Origin: Rhodoblastus sp.
GTDB lineage: Bacteria; Pseudomonadota; Alphaproteobacteria; Rhizobiales; Beijerinckiaceae
Assembly (NCBI GenBank): GCA_046349085.1
Contig: JAXMDA010000007.1
Span: 163,131 to 227,130, forward strand
Direction of reading: 5' to 3'
Length of the DNA: 64,000 bases
Shown: positions 10,752 through 20,018 of the stretch, one piece after another
Numbering within the stretch: the stretch's first letter is position 1
Layout of the letters: each line of letters begins with the position of its first letter
Made by a program: the position numbers and the translations under genes
The notes under the pieces: model-generated
The model's database searches: none
The model's input: the letters and a program-made list of their open reading frames with translations, nothing else
What the model was told of the DNA's origin: nothing

Positions 10752-11270
10752 ATGTCGCCGCCGAAAACCGCCCGCATCATTCTGGCCGCCGCCCTGGGCC
10801 TAACGGCCGTGGCTGGCCCCGCGCTGGCGCAGGATCTGATCTTCCGCAAGTCCACGACGTTCAAGCTGATGACGCCGAACGACAAGCTTGCGACCTACGC
10901 GATCGACGACCCGATCGTCGACGGCGTCGTCTGCAACTACACGGTGCCGGAAAAGGGCGGCGTGTCGGGCATGTTCGGCGTGGCCGAGGAATTGTCGGAC
11001 GTCTCGATCGCCTGCCGCCAGTACGGCCCGATCAGGATCAAGGAAAAGTTCTCGCAAGGCGATGTGGTGTTCAGCGAGCGGCGTTCGCTGATGTGGAAAC
11101 GCATGCAGATCGTGCGCGGCTGCGACGCCCGGCGCAACGTGCTCGTCTACATGGTCTACTCGGACAAGCTGATCGACGGATCGCCGAAGAATTCGACGTC
11201 GGCCGTCGCGATTGCGCCCTGGGGCGCGACCAACGAGGTCGTGCGGTGCGGCGAGTTCGCGAAGGACTGA
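10752..11270 (+). CDS. CreA family protein
   Basis: In-frame ATG at 10752. Signal peptide, then FKLMTPNDKL...VSIACRQYGPI...VYMVYSDKLIDGSPKNS, which closely resembles CreA. Confidence 0.8.
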   Translation: MSPPKTARIILAAALGLTAVAGPALAQDLIFRKSTTFKLMTPNDKLATYAIDDPIVDGVVCNYTVPEKGGVSGMFGVAEELSDVSIACRQYGPIRIKEKFSQGDVVFSERRSLMWKRMQIVRGCDARRNVLVYMVYSDKLIDGSPKNSTSAVAIAPWGATNEVVRCGEFAKD

Positions 11271-11285
11271 GGGGCCGTTCCCGAG

Positions 11286-11551
11286 CCTTCATCCTGAGCG
11301 TCTGACTTGAAATTCGCTGCGAACCCGCGCCCCTCATGCTGAGGAGCCTGCGCAGCAGGCGTCTCGAAGCATGGTCCAGAGTTACGTATCCCGACCACCC
11401 TTCGAGACGCCGCTTCGCGGCTCCTCAGGGTGAGGATTCTTGAATTGCTGTCAGCGACTGGGCAGCGTCGCGTCTCGAAGGATGGCCGGGCCGAGAATGC
11501 TGGCGTCGCCATGCTTCGAGACGGCGACTCCGCCGCCTCTTCGGCATGAGG
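11286..11551. repeat. Cluster of about 3.5 copies of a ~43-bp structured intergenic repeat (family 2: CCTCAnnCTGAGGAGCC...GCGTCTCGAAGnnTGG)
   Basis: An inverted pair lies at 11332-11374 and 11396-11435. A full copy lies at 11509-11551, with partial copies at 11286-11305 and 11467-11485. Another copy is at 19174-19216. Confidence 0.75.
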
Positions 11552-11577
11552 ATTTCAGGAACCGGAAGCGTTCCGGG

Positions 11578-11955
11578 TCAATTCTCGCAGGTGACGATCA
11601 GCGCGTTGGCGCGCACCTGGTTGGCGACCGTCTGCACCTTGGCCCTGTCGCCCTGCGCCTTGTCCTCCTGCGCATCGGCCTTGACTGCGCCCGTCACGTC
11701 GTCGGCGCGCCCGAAGGCGACGGCCACGCCATGCCCGTGCGCCTCGCACCAGGCGTCGGCGACCACGCGGCCGCAGGCCGAGCCGTTGGTCAGGCATTCC
11801 GTGATGCCATAACCCTCGTTGTCGTTGATGACGAAGGAATTGCGATCCGCCGCCTGGACCTGGGACCGTCCGGCGATCGCGACCAGCGCGAGGCCCGCCA
11901 TCAGCGGCAGGATGATGCGGGGAAGAACGCGGTGCTCGAACTCGACGAAGGTCAT
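11578..11955 (-). CDS. Secreted protein, unknown function
   Basis: Internal ATG at 11955 (MTFVEFEHRVLPRIILPLMAGLALVAIAG signal-like). Four Cys. High GC3 in this frame. Confidence 0.55.
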   Translation of the reverse strand: MTFVEFEHRVLPRIILPLMAGLALVAIAGRSQVQAADRNSFVINDNEGYGITECLTNGSACGRVVADAWCEAHGHGVAVAFGRADDVTGAVKADAQEDKAQGDRAKVQTVANQVRANALIVTCEN

Positions 11956-12211
11956 CACAAGGCTCGATACGATTGGACCCATCAGGCCGCCCAATATTCG
12001 GCGGCAACGGTTTCCAAACGATTAAGGACCGGAGCTTGATCGGGGCTGGCGCGGGCTTGACGCGGGGCGCGTCTTACCCTCATGGTCCCGGCCATGACGA
12101 CCGCCGCCCGCATCTGCCGGAGCATTATTATCCGCTAGCCCACCCGCTGGCTGGATCCGTCATGTCCTCACGCGATTTGGATGGTCCGGCCGGCAGGCCA
12201 AAGGACCTGTT

Positions 12212-13663
12212 ATGTCGACGCCCCGCCTCAGGCTCTACAACACGCTGACGCGCGCCAAGGAGGATTTCGCCCCCCTCGATGCGCGCAACGTGCGGATGTA
12301 TGTCTGCGGCCCCACCGTCTACGACTACGCCCATATCGGCAACGCGCGGCCGGTCATCGTCTTCGACGTGCTCTACCGGCTGCTGCGCCATCTCTACGGC
12401 GCCGACCACGTCAAATACGTCCGCAACATCACCGACGTCGACGACAAGATCAACGCGCGCGCCGCCGAGCGCGGCGTTTCCATCCGCGACCTGACCGAAG
12501 AGACGAACAGAATTTTTCAGGCCGACGTGAAGGCGCTCGGCTGCCTCGATCCCAGCGTCCAGCCGCGCGCGACGGAGCACATCGCGGAGATGATCGCGAT
12601 CATCGAGCGGCTGATCGCGGGCGGCCACGCCTATGCGGCGGACGGGCATGTGCTGTTCTCCGTGCCCTCGATGCCCGACTACGGCCGCCTCTCGCGTCGC
12701 CCGCTCGACGAGATGATCGCCGGCGCCCGCGTCGACGTCGCGCCCTACAAGAAGGGCGACATGGATTTCGTGCTGTGGAAGCCGTCGAGCGCGAGCGAGC
12801 CCGGCTGGGACTCGCCGTGGGGCAGGGGACGTCCGGGCTGGCACATCGAATGCTCGGCGATGAGCTGGAAGCACCTCGGCGAAGTCTTCGACATTCACGG
12901 CGGCGGCATCGACCTCGTCTTCCCGCACCACGAAAACGAAATCGCCCAGTCGCGCTGCTGCTTCGAAACGCCGGTCATGGCCAACGTGTGGATGCACAAC
13001 GGCTTCCTGCAGGTCGAAGGCGAGAAGATGTCGAAGAGTGCAGGCAATTTCGTGACGATCCATGAGTTGCTGCACACGGAGAAGTTCGGCGGGCGGCAAT
13101 GGGATGGAGATGTCCTGCGTCTGGCTATGTTGACGGCGCACTACCTTAAGCCAGTCGACTTTACTGTCCGAGGTCTAGAACGAGCGTTTAGAACACTCAA
13201 GAAATTTGCGGCTTCAGTCCGCCCAGATGATCTAGATAGCGCGCCCGGCGAGGTGTGTGAGGAAATTGTCCGCGCGCTTTCCGATGACTTGAACACTCCT
13301 GCTGTACTGACGCAGCTAGAGCGCCTGAACAAACAAGCTGCTCAAGGCTCGCAAGAGTCGGCGCGAAAGTTGGCCCAGTCGCTGCTATGGCTTGGATTTT
13401 CTAAAGAATTTTTGCTGCGTGAAAGTGTAATTGCATTCATTCAAACTGCCGACACGGACCAATTGAGGGAGCTTGAGACAGCGGTCGCAGTGAGACTCGA
13501 GGAATTGAAGGATCGCGCTGAGCAGTTGATCGCCGCCCGTCTCGAAGCCCGCAAATCAAAAAACTGGGCGGAGTCCGACCGTATCCGCGACGAACTCCTC
13601 GCCATGGACATCGTGCTCAAGGACAACAAGGACGGCACGACGACGTGGGAGTTGAAGCGGTGA
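12212..13663 (+). CDS. cysS: Cysteinyl-tRNA synthetase
   Basis: [17 protein letters not shown] (HIGH) and KMSKSAGNF. Full length, 483 aa. Contains an internal low-GC block (see findings). Confidence 0.92.
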   Translation: MSTPRLRLYNTLTRAKEDFAPLDARNVRMYVCGPTVYDYAHIGNARPVIVFDVLYRLLRHLYGADHVKYVRNITDVDDKINARAAERGVSIRDLTEETNRIFQADVKALGCLDPSVQPRATEHIAEMIAIIERLIAGGHAYAADGHVLFSVPSMPDYGRLSRRPLDEMIAGARVDVAPYKKGDMDFVLWKPSSASEPGWDSPWGRGRPGWHIECSAMSWKHLGEVFDIHGGGIDLVFPHHENEIAQSRCCFETPVMANVWMHNGFLQVEGEKMSKSAGNFVTIHELLHTEKFGGRQWDGDVLRLAMLTAHYLKPVDFTVRGLERAFRTLKKFAASVRPDDLDSAPGEVCEEIVRALSDDLNTPAVLTQLERLNKQAAQGSQESARKLAQSLLWLGFSKEFLLRESVIAFIQTADTDQLRELETAVAVRLEELKDRAEQLIAARLEARKSKNWAESDRIRDELLAMDIVLKDNKDGTTTWELKR

Positions 13664-13693
13664 GCTTTCATCTTTCCAATGCGCGCATCTGTT

Positions 13694-13791
13694 CCCTCCC
13701 CCCTTGTGGGGGAGGGTTAGGGTGGGGGGGCGGGGAACCCTGCGAGGTTACCCGACCCCCGCCCCCGACCCCTCCCCACAAGGGGGAGGGG
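13694..13791. repeat. ~100-bp imperfect dyad built from two family-1 hairpins flanking G-tract/C-tract arms
   Basis: CCCTCCCCCC-TTGT-GGGGGAGGG at 13694-13716 and CCCCTCCCC-ACAA-GGGGGAGGGG at 13769-13791. Between them are GGGTGGGGGGGCGGGG ... CCCCCGCCCCCGACC arms. Confidence 0.7.
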
Positions 13792-13820
13792 AGAGCGGCC
13801 AATGTCGTGGAGCATGCGCC

Positions 13821-14315
13821 ATGACCACATCCCTCCGCCCCTTCCTGCCCGCCGACGCGCCGACGCTTGCGCGCTTGTTCCGCGAGAGCGTCGAAATCCT
13901 GGCCGAGGAGGATTACACCGACGACCAGCGCGCCGCCTGGGCGGCGGCGTCCGATGATGTCGCCGCCTTCGCGCAGCGTCTTGCGAACGCGCTCACGCTC
14001 GTCGCGTTGCGCGACCACGAGATTGCCGGCTTCGCCTCTTTCGCCAACGGCTGCCTCGATCTGCTCTACGTCGCGCCGGATCACGCGCGGCAGGGCGTCG
14101 CCACCGCGCTTGCCGACGCTATCGAAAAGCTTGCCGCCGCGCGCGGCCTCAAGGAAATCGAGACGGACGCCTCCGACGTCGCGCATGATTTCTTCCGTGG
14201 CCGCGGCTACGTCGCCACCCAGCGCAACACGGTTTCGCTCAACGGCGAATGGTTCGCCAACACCACGATGAAGAAGCAATTGGCCGCGCCAGCGCCGCAA
14301 GGAAAGCCGAACTGA
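13821..14315 (+). CDS. GNAT family N-acetyltransferase
   Basis: In-frame ATG at 13821 (MTTSLRPFLPADAP...). HARQGVATAL motif. The stop TGA (14313-14315) overlaps the cimA ATG by 1 nt. Confidence 0.8.
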   Translation: MTTSLRPFLPADAPTLARLFRESVEILAEEDYTDDQRAAWAAASDDVAAFAQRLANALTLVALRDHEIAGFASFANGCLDLLYVAPDHARQGVATALADAIEKLAAARGLKEIETDASDVAHDFFRGRGYVATQRNTVSLNGEWFANTTMKKQLAAPAPQGKPN

Positions 14316-15907
14316 TGTCCCGCGAAAGACTGACCCTGTTCGACACGACGCTGCGCGACGGCGCGCAGACGACCGGCGTCGATTTCTCGATCGAGGACAA
14401 GCGCGCGATTGCAAGGATGCTCGACGATCTCGGGCTCGACTACATCGAGGGCGGCTATCCCGGCGCCAATCCGATGGATACGGAATTCTTCGGCAAGCGC
14501 CCCAAGGTGAAGGCGAAATTCGCCGCCTTCGGCATGACCAAGCGCGCCGGCCGCTCCGCCGCCAACGATCCGGGCGTCGCCGGCCTCGTCGCCGCCGACG
14601 CCGACACCATCGTCTATGTGGCGAAGACGTGGGACTATCAGGTCCACGTCGCGCTCGAATGCTCGCTCGAGGACAATCTCGAGGGCATCCGCGATTCCGT
14701 TTCCTACGCCATCGAGAAAGGCCGCGAGGCCATCGTCGATTGCGAGCATTTCTTCGACGGCTACAAGGCCAATCCCGATTACGCCCTGGCTTGCGCGAAG
14801 GCGGCCTATGAAACCGGCGCGCGCTGGATCGTCCTCTGCGACACCAACGGCGGCACGCTGCCGCACGAGATCGAGGCGATCGTCGGCGAAGTCGTCAAGC
14901 AGATCCCCGGCGACCACGTCGGCATTCACGCGCATAACGACACGGAAAACGCCGTCGGCAATTCGCTCGCCGCCGTGCGCGCCGGCGCGCGGCAAATTCA
15001 GGGAACGCTCAACGGGCTCGGCGAGCGCTGCGGCAACGCCAATCTCACCTCGATCATCCCGACGCTGCTGCTGAAGCCCGAGTTCGCCGAGAAATTCGAG
15101 ATCGGCGTCACGCCGGAAAAGCTGACGCATCTGACGAAAGCGAGCCACGCTTTCGACGAGCTGCTGAACCGCGCCCCGAACCGCCACGCGCCCTATGTCG
15201 GCGCGAGCGCCTTTGCGACCAAGGCCGGCATCCATGCCTCCGCCGTGCTGAAGGACCCGCGCACCTACGAGCACGTGCTGCCGGATGCTGTCGGCAACAA
15301 GCGCAAGGTGCTGGTGTCCGATCAGGCCGGCAAGTCGAACATTCTCTCGGAGCTCGAGCGCCTCGGCGTCACGCTCGACAAGAACGATCCCCGCCTTTCC
15401 CGCCTGCTCGACGAAGTGAAGGAAAAGGAGGCGCAGGGCTACGCCTACGAGGGCGCCGACGCCTCCTTCCTGCTGCTCGCCAAGCGCGTGCTCGGGCAAT
15501 TGCCCGATTATTTCGACGTCGAGCGCTACAGCGTGAACGTCGAGCGCCGCTTCAACGCCAAGGGCGATCTGGTTACGGCGTCGGAAGCCATCGTGAAGGT
15601 GCGCGTCGACGGCGAGCTGCTGATTTCCGCCGCCGAGGGCAACGGCCCGGTCAACGCGCTCGACGTCGCGCTGCGCAAGGATCTCGGCCGCTTCCAGAAA
15701 TATATCGAGGACGTGGAGCTGGTCGACTATCGCGTGCGCGTCTTCCAGGGCGGCACGGACGCGGTCACGCGCGTGCTGATCGAATGCGCGGACAAGGACG
15801 GCGACCGCTGGTCGACCGTCGGCGTCTCCGCCAACGTCATCGACGCGTCGTTCCAGGCGCTGGTGGATTCGATCAACTACAAGCTGATGGCGGCGGGGGC
15901 GGCGTGA
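14315..15907 (+). CDS. cimA: (R)-citramalate synthase (LeuA/CimA family)
   Basis: ATG at 14315 (MSRERLTLFDTTLRDGAQTTGVDFS...). HAHNDTENAVGNSLAAV. The ~530 aa length and C-terminal regulatory domain fit the CimA type. Confidence 0.82.
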   Translation: MSRERLTLFDTTLRDGAQTTGVDFSIEDKRAIARMLDDLGLDYIEGGYPGANPMDTEFFGKRPKVKAKFAAFGMTKRAGRSAANDPGVAGLVAADADTIVYVAKTWDYQVHVALECSLEDNLEGIRDSVSYAIEKGREAIVDCEHFFDGYKANPDYALACAKAAYETGARWIVLCDTNGGTLPHEIEAIVGEVVKQIPGDHVGIHAHNDTENAVGNSLAAVRAGARQIQGTLNGLGERCGNANLTSIIPTLLLKPEFAEKFEIGVTPEKLTHLTKASHAFDELLNRAPNRHAPYVGASAFATKAGIHASAVLKDPRTYEHVLPDAVGNKRKVLVSDQAGKSNILSELERLGVTLDKNDPRLSRLLDEVKEKEAQGYAYEGADASFLLLAKRVLGQLPDYFDVERYSVNVERRFNAKGDLVTASEAIVKVRVDGELLISAAEGNGPVNALDVALRKDLGRFQKYIEDVELVDYRVRVFQGGTDAVTRVLIECADKDGDRWSTVGVSANVIDASFQALVDSINYKLMAAGAA

Positions 15908-15955
15908 CCCCGCCTTTCCCCTCCCGCGCAGCGGGAAGGGTCGGGGAGGGGGCGG
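15908..15955. terminator. GC-rich hairpin between convergent cimA and LOG genes (REP-like, possible bidirectional terminator)
   Basis: CCCCGCC...CCCGC-GCA-GCGGG...GGGGGCGG nested dyad, read directly. Confidence 0.4.
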
Positions 15956-15958
15956 TCC

Positions 15959-16552
15959 TCACAACCGCGGATCGATCGTCTCAACCCGCGCGCCGACCTG
16001 ATCCTGTCGCGCGAGAACGCTTTCGATCATCGGCAGAATGTCGGCCGTGCGCTCGGCGACCAGATAGCGCAACTCGAATTCCTGCCGGATGAAGCCGCTC
16101 CCGCGCATATGCGCGAACAACGACAGCAGCGGCCGCCAGAAGCCGCCGATATCGGCGATCACCACCGGCTTGGTGTGGCGGCCGAGCTGCACCCAGGTGA
16201 GCTGCTCGACCAGCTCCTCCAGCGTGCCGACGCCGCCGGGCAACGCCACGAAAGCGTCGGCGCGTTCGAACATCATGCGTTTGCGCGTATGCATGTCCGG
16301 CACGACGACGAGCTCCTGCGCCTCGTGCAGCATGCTTTCGCGATTCTTCAGGAAATCCGGGATGATTCCGACCACGCGCCCGCCGGCGGCCAGCGTCGCG
16401 CGCGCCACCTTGCCCATCAGGCCGTTGTCGCCGCCGCCATAGACGAGCCCGTGGCCCGCCGCGCCGATGCGGCTTCCGAGATCTTCGGCCGCCTTGACGA
16501 AATGCGGCTGCGTACCGTTCGCCGAACCGCAATAGACGCAGATATTCAACAA
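15959..16552 (-). CDS. LOG family protein (cytokinin riboside 5'-monophosphate phosphoribohydrolase-like, TIGR00730 type)
   Basis: ICVYCGS, GGGDNGLMG and PGGVGTLEEL motifs. TTG start at 16552. Confidence 0.85.
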   Translation of the reverse strand: MLNICVYCGSANGTQPHFVKAAEDLGSRIGAAGHGLVYGGGDNGLMGKVARATLAAGGRVVGIIPDFLKNRESMLHEAQELVVVPDMHTRKRMMFERADAFVALPGGVGTLEELVEQLTWVQLGRHTKPVVIADIGGFWRPLLSLFAHMRGSGFIRQEFELRYLVAERTADILPMIESVLARQDQVGARVETIDPRL

Positions 16553-16613
16553 GAGCTTCGCTCCTCGCCCGATTCGGCGAGACTAGCAGAGCGTCGTGTC
16601 GCGCCGTCCTGTT

Positions 16614-16985
16614 TTATCGCACCCGCGTCCAGGTCTCGCCCTTGCAGATCGCGCCGCCCAGCACGCAGCCGTCGAGCGTCACGGAATTTGCGCCATTGAG
16701 CGTGATCTTGCCCATGTAGGTCTGGCCGTCCTCGAGGTTCTTCACCTGGCCTTCCCAGACGTTGGGGCCGGTCTTGCTCGCGCCGGAGAACACCATGGCG
16801 CCGATGAATTTCCTGTCGGCGGGGTCCGTCACGCCCTTCACCTTCACGCAGAGCCCCGCGCCGCAACGCAGGAACGTGAAGGTCGTGCCGTCTTCCGGGC
16901 GCCGCCATACGCCATAGGGGTCCGCGGCGAGCGCGGGCGTGGCGAGCGTCAGAAAAGTCAGCGCCGTAATCGTGGCTTTGCGCAT
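16614..16985 (-). CDS. DUF2147-like secreted protein
   Basis: Signal peptide MRKATITALTFLTLATPALA. The segments DPYGVWRRPEDG...G.I.NP.DG.TY.G.I resemble the DUF2147 pattern. Confidence 0.72.
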   Translation of the reverse strand: MRKATITALTFLTLATPALAADPYGVWRRPEDGTTFTFLRCGAGLCVKVKGVTDPADRKFIGAMVFSGASKTGPNVWEGQVKNLEDGQTYMGKITLNGANSVTLDGCVLGGAICKGETWTRVR

Positions 16986-17105
16986 CTATGCTCCTCGGGA
17001 CGGACGGCGGGCGCCGCGCGAAGGCGCGTCTTTTCCCCAAGTCGGGCGTCGCAGTCAATTCTCCTTGCGCGGCGCGGGCGCCGCTCATGCCGGAGGGCTG
17101 GTGTC

Positions 17106-17140
17106 ATTTGCGCCGCTAACCGCTTATATCTGGCGCAAAT
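17106..17140. promoter_or_regulatory. Perfect 9-bp inverted repeat ATTTGCGCC-N17-GGCGCAAAT just upstream of the Atm1-type exporter
   Basis: Read directly. The 3' arm ends 16 nt before ATG 17157. Confidence 0.3.
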
Positions 17141-17156
17141 TCCGCCGGTTCGACAC

Positions 17157-19043
17157 ATGAGAGATTTTTCTGCCCCGCCGCCCGAGGCTCGGTCCAACGC
17201 CACGCTCGTCTCCACCGGGCGCAGGCTTTGGCCATACATCTGGCCGCGCGACCGCTTCGACCTCAAGGCCCGGATATTCCTCGCCTTCGCGGCTCTCGTC
17301 ATCGCCAAGCTGGTGACGATCGCCGTCCCCTATTCCTTCAAATGGGCGACGGATGCGCTCACCGCCGAGGGCGCGCGCGTGGAAGGCCTGCCGGCGGCGC
17401 TCGCAGGTCCGGTCGCGCTGACCGTGATTTACGGCGTTCTGCGCACGGCCATGGCGGGCTTCACGCAGGCGCGCGACGCGCTCTTTGCCGCCGTCGCCAT
17501 GAACGCCGTGCGGCGTCTCGCCAACGACGTGTTCGTGCACATGCACGAATTGTCGCTGCGCTACCATCTGGAACGCAAGACCGGCGCGTTGACGCGCGTG
17601 CTTGAGCGCGGCCGCAACGCCATCGAGACGATGGTGCGGATGATTACGCTGACCGGCCTGCCGACGCTGCTGGAATTCGTGCTCATCCTCGCCGTCTTCT
17701 TCGTCCAGTACGACTGGCGCTATGCGCTCGTCACCGTCGCCATGATCGTCGCCTACATGACGTTCACGACCATCGCCACCAATTGGCGCATCGAGATCCG
17801 CCGCTCGATGAATGAGAGCGACAACGACGCCAACACCAAGGCGATCGACAGCCTGCTCAACTACGAGACGGTGAAATATTTCAACGCCGAGCAGCGCGAG
17901 GCGGCGCGCTACGACAAGTCCATGGCGCGTTACGAGCGGAACAGCGTCGCGAGCTACACCTCGCTCGCCGTGCTGAACGCGGGGCAGGCGGCGATCTTCA
18001 CCGTCGGCCTGACCGTGGTGATGATCATGTGCGTGTCCGGCATCCGTCAGGGCAGAAACACGATCGGCGATTTCGTGCTGATCAACGCCATGATGATCCA
18101 GCTTTACCAGCCTCTGAATTTCATGGGCATGTTCTACCGCGAAGTGCGCCAGGCGGTCATCGACATCGAATCCATGTTCGACATTCTCGAGCAGAAGGCG
18201 GAGATCGTGGACAGGCCGGGCGCGAAGCCCCTTGTCGTCACCGACGGCGTCGTGCGTTTCGAGAACGTATTCTTCCACTACGATCCGCAACGCGAGATTC
18301 TGAAGGGCGTCGATTTCGAGGCGCCCGCCGGCAAGTGCATCGCCATCGTCGGTCCTTCCGGCGCCGGCAAGTCGACGCTGTCGCGCCTCATCTTTCGCTT
18401 CTACGAGCCGCAGCGCGGCCGCATCACGATCGACGGGCAGGATATATCGCTGGTCACGCAGGAGTCGCTGCGCCGCGCCATCGGCATCGTTCCGCAGGAC
18501 ACCGTGCTGTTCAACGATTCGATTGGCTACAACATTCGCTATGGTCGCTGGGACGCGAGCGTCGAGGAAATCCGCGACGCCGCGGCCATGGCGCAGATCG
18601 ACCGTTTCATCGGCGTCGTGCCGGGCGGCTACGAGGCGCAGGTCGGCGAGCGTGGCCTGAAACTGTCGGGCGGCGAGAAGCAGCGCGTCGCGCTCGCCCG
18701 CACCATCCTCAAGGCGCCGCCGATCCTCGTGCTCGATGAGGCGACATCGGCGCTGGACTCCTTTACCGAGCGTGAAATCCAGGACGCGCTGGAGCGTGTT
18801 TCACGCGGGCGCACGTCTCTGGTCATCGCCCATCGCCTGTCGACCGTGGTCAACGCCGACGAGATCATCGTGCTCGACCAGGGCCGCATCGTCGAACGTG
18901 GACGCCACGAGGAATTGCTGGCCCACGGCGGCGTCTACGCCGGCATGTGGAACCGCCAGCGCGAGGTTCATGACGCCGAAGAAGCCCTGCGCCGCGCCGC
19001 CGCCGAGGAGGGCCAGAGCGTGCGGGTGAATATCGAGGCGTGA
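17157..19043 (+). CDS. ABC transporter permease/ATPase fusion, Atm1/HMT1-type exporter
   Basis: In-frame ATG at 17157 inside ORF 16596..19043. LLNYETVKYFNAE (ATM1 family signature), Walker A GPSGAGKST, LSGGEKQR. Confidence 0.85.
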   Translation: MRDFSAPPPEARSNATLVSTGRRLWPYIWPRDRFDLKARIFLAFAALVIAKLVTIAVPYSFKWATDALTAEGARVEGLPAALAGPVALTVIYGVLRTAMAGFTQARDALFAAVAMNAVRRLANDVFVHMHELSLRYHLERKTGALTRVLERGRNAIETMVRMITLTGLPTLLEFVLILAVFFVQYDWRYALVTVAMIVAYMTFTTIATNWRIEIRRSMNESDNDANTKAIDSLLNYETVKYFNAEQREAARYDKSMARYERNSVASYTSLAVLNAGQAAIFTVGLTVVMIMCVSGIRQGRNTIGDFVLINAMMIQLYQPLNFMGMFYREVRQAVIDIESMFDILEQKAEIVDRPGAKPLVVTDGVVRFENVFFHYDPQREILKGVDFEAPAGKCIAIVGPSGAGKSTLSRLIFRFYEPQRGRITIDGQDISLVTQESLRRAIGIVPQDTVLFNDSIGYNIRYGRWDASVEEIRDAAAMAQIDRFIGVVPGGYEAQVGERGLKLSGGEKQRVALARTILKAPPILVLDEATSALDSFTEREIQDALERVSRGRTSLVIAHRLSTVVNADEIIVLDQGRIVERGRHEELLAHGGVYAGMWNRQREVHDAEEALRRAAAEEGQSVRVNIEA

Positions 19044-19173
19044 CGGGGCGACCGGCGCGGTGGCAAAGTCGGCGCCATTTCGCTATTGAACCCCCGGGTT
19101 TTCTCCCGGCCGTCGTTCGAGGCGCGATCCCCGCGGATCGCTCCCACGTTGAAGGTCCGTGATCGAAAGTAGC

Positions 19174-19216
19174 CCTCGCCCTGAGGAGCCGCCGTGAGGC
19201 GGCGTCTCGAAGGGGG
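19174..19216. repeat. Single copy of the family-2 intergenic repeat
   Basis: CCTCGCCCTGAGGAGCCGCCGTGAGGCGGCGTCTCGAAGGGGG, read directly upstream of psd. Confidence 0.7.
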
Positions 19217-19242
19217 AGGGCGGCACAAGCGCAGGTTTGCTC

Positions 19243-19938
19243 ATGTCGCTCTATGAATCCGTCCGCCGCCAGATCGTGCCGATCCATCCGGAAGGCTATG
19301 TTTTCATTTCAGCTTTCGCGATTGGCTCGCTGATCCTGCACTGGGTCTGGCCGCCGCTCGGCTGGCTCGGCGCGCTGCTGACGCTGTGGTGCGCGTACTT
19401 CTTCCGCGATCCGCCGCGTGTGACGCCCGACCGCGATGGCCTCGTGGTGGCGCCGGCCGATGGCTACGTCTGCTCCATCGGCTCCTTCGCGCCGCCGCCG
19501 GAACTGGGGCTGGGCGCGGAGCCCATGCACCGCATCTCCATCTTCATGTCGGTTTTCGACTGCCACGTGAACCGCGCGCCGGTCGCCGGCCGCATCGCGC
19601 GCATCGCTTACAAGCCGGGCCTGTTCGTCAACGCCGATCTCGACAAGGCGAGCGAGGACAACGAACGCAATGGCCTCGTCATCGACACGCCCCGCGGAAC
19701 ATTTGGCGTGGTGCAGATCGCCGGCCTGATCGCGCGGCGCATCGTCTCCTTCTCGCGCGAGGGGGAGACGCTGGCGGTCGGCCAGCGCTTCGGCCTCATC
19801 CGCTTCGGTTCGCGCGTCGACGTTTACATGCCCGCCGGCGCCACGCCGCTCGTTTCGCTCGGAACGAAGACGATTGCCGGCGAAACGCCGATCGCCGATT
19901 TCGCCGCGGCGCAGGGCGCGATCTATCGCACGAACTGA
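19243..19938 (+). CDS. psd: Phosphatidylserine decarboxylase proenzyme
   Basis: [22 protein letters not shown] and the LIRFGSRVD (GS cleavage site) motifs. ATG at 19243. Confidence 0.9.
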   Translation: MSLYESVRRQIVPIHPEGYVFISAFAIGSLILHWVWPPLGWLGALLTLWCAYFFRDPPRVTPDRDGLVVAPADGYVCSIGSFAPPPELGLGAEPMHRISIFMSVFDCHVNRAPVAGRIARIAYKPGLFVNADLDKASEDNERNGLVIDTPRGTFGVVQIAGLIARRIVSFSREGETLAVGQRFGLIRFGSRVDVYMPAGATPLVSLGTKTIAGETPIADFAAAQGAIYRTN

Positions 19939-19965
19939 GCGCGCAAGACGCTTCGCGCGACAAAG

Positions 19966-19999
19966 AAAGGCCCGCAGGCGCTTTCCGCCGCGGGCCTTT
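19966..19999. terminator. Hairpin AAAGGCCCGC-N14-GCGGGCCTTT between convergent psd and ccoG
   Basis: Perfect 10-bp stem read directly. A/T runs flank both sides, consistent with a bidirectional intrinsic terminator. Confidence 0.5.
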
Positions 20000-20018
20000 G
20001 CCTTGACCGGGATCGCCG

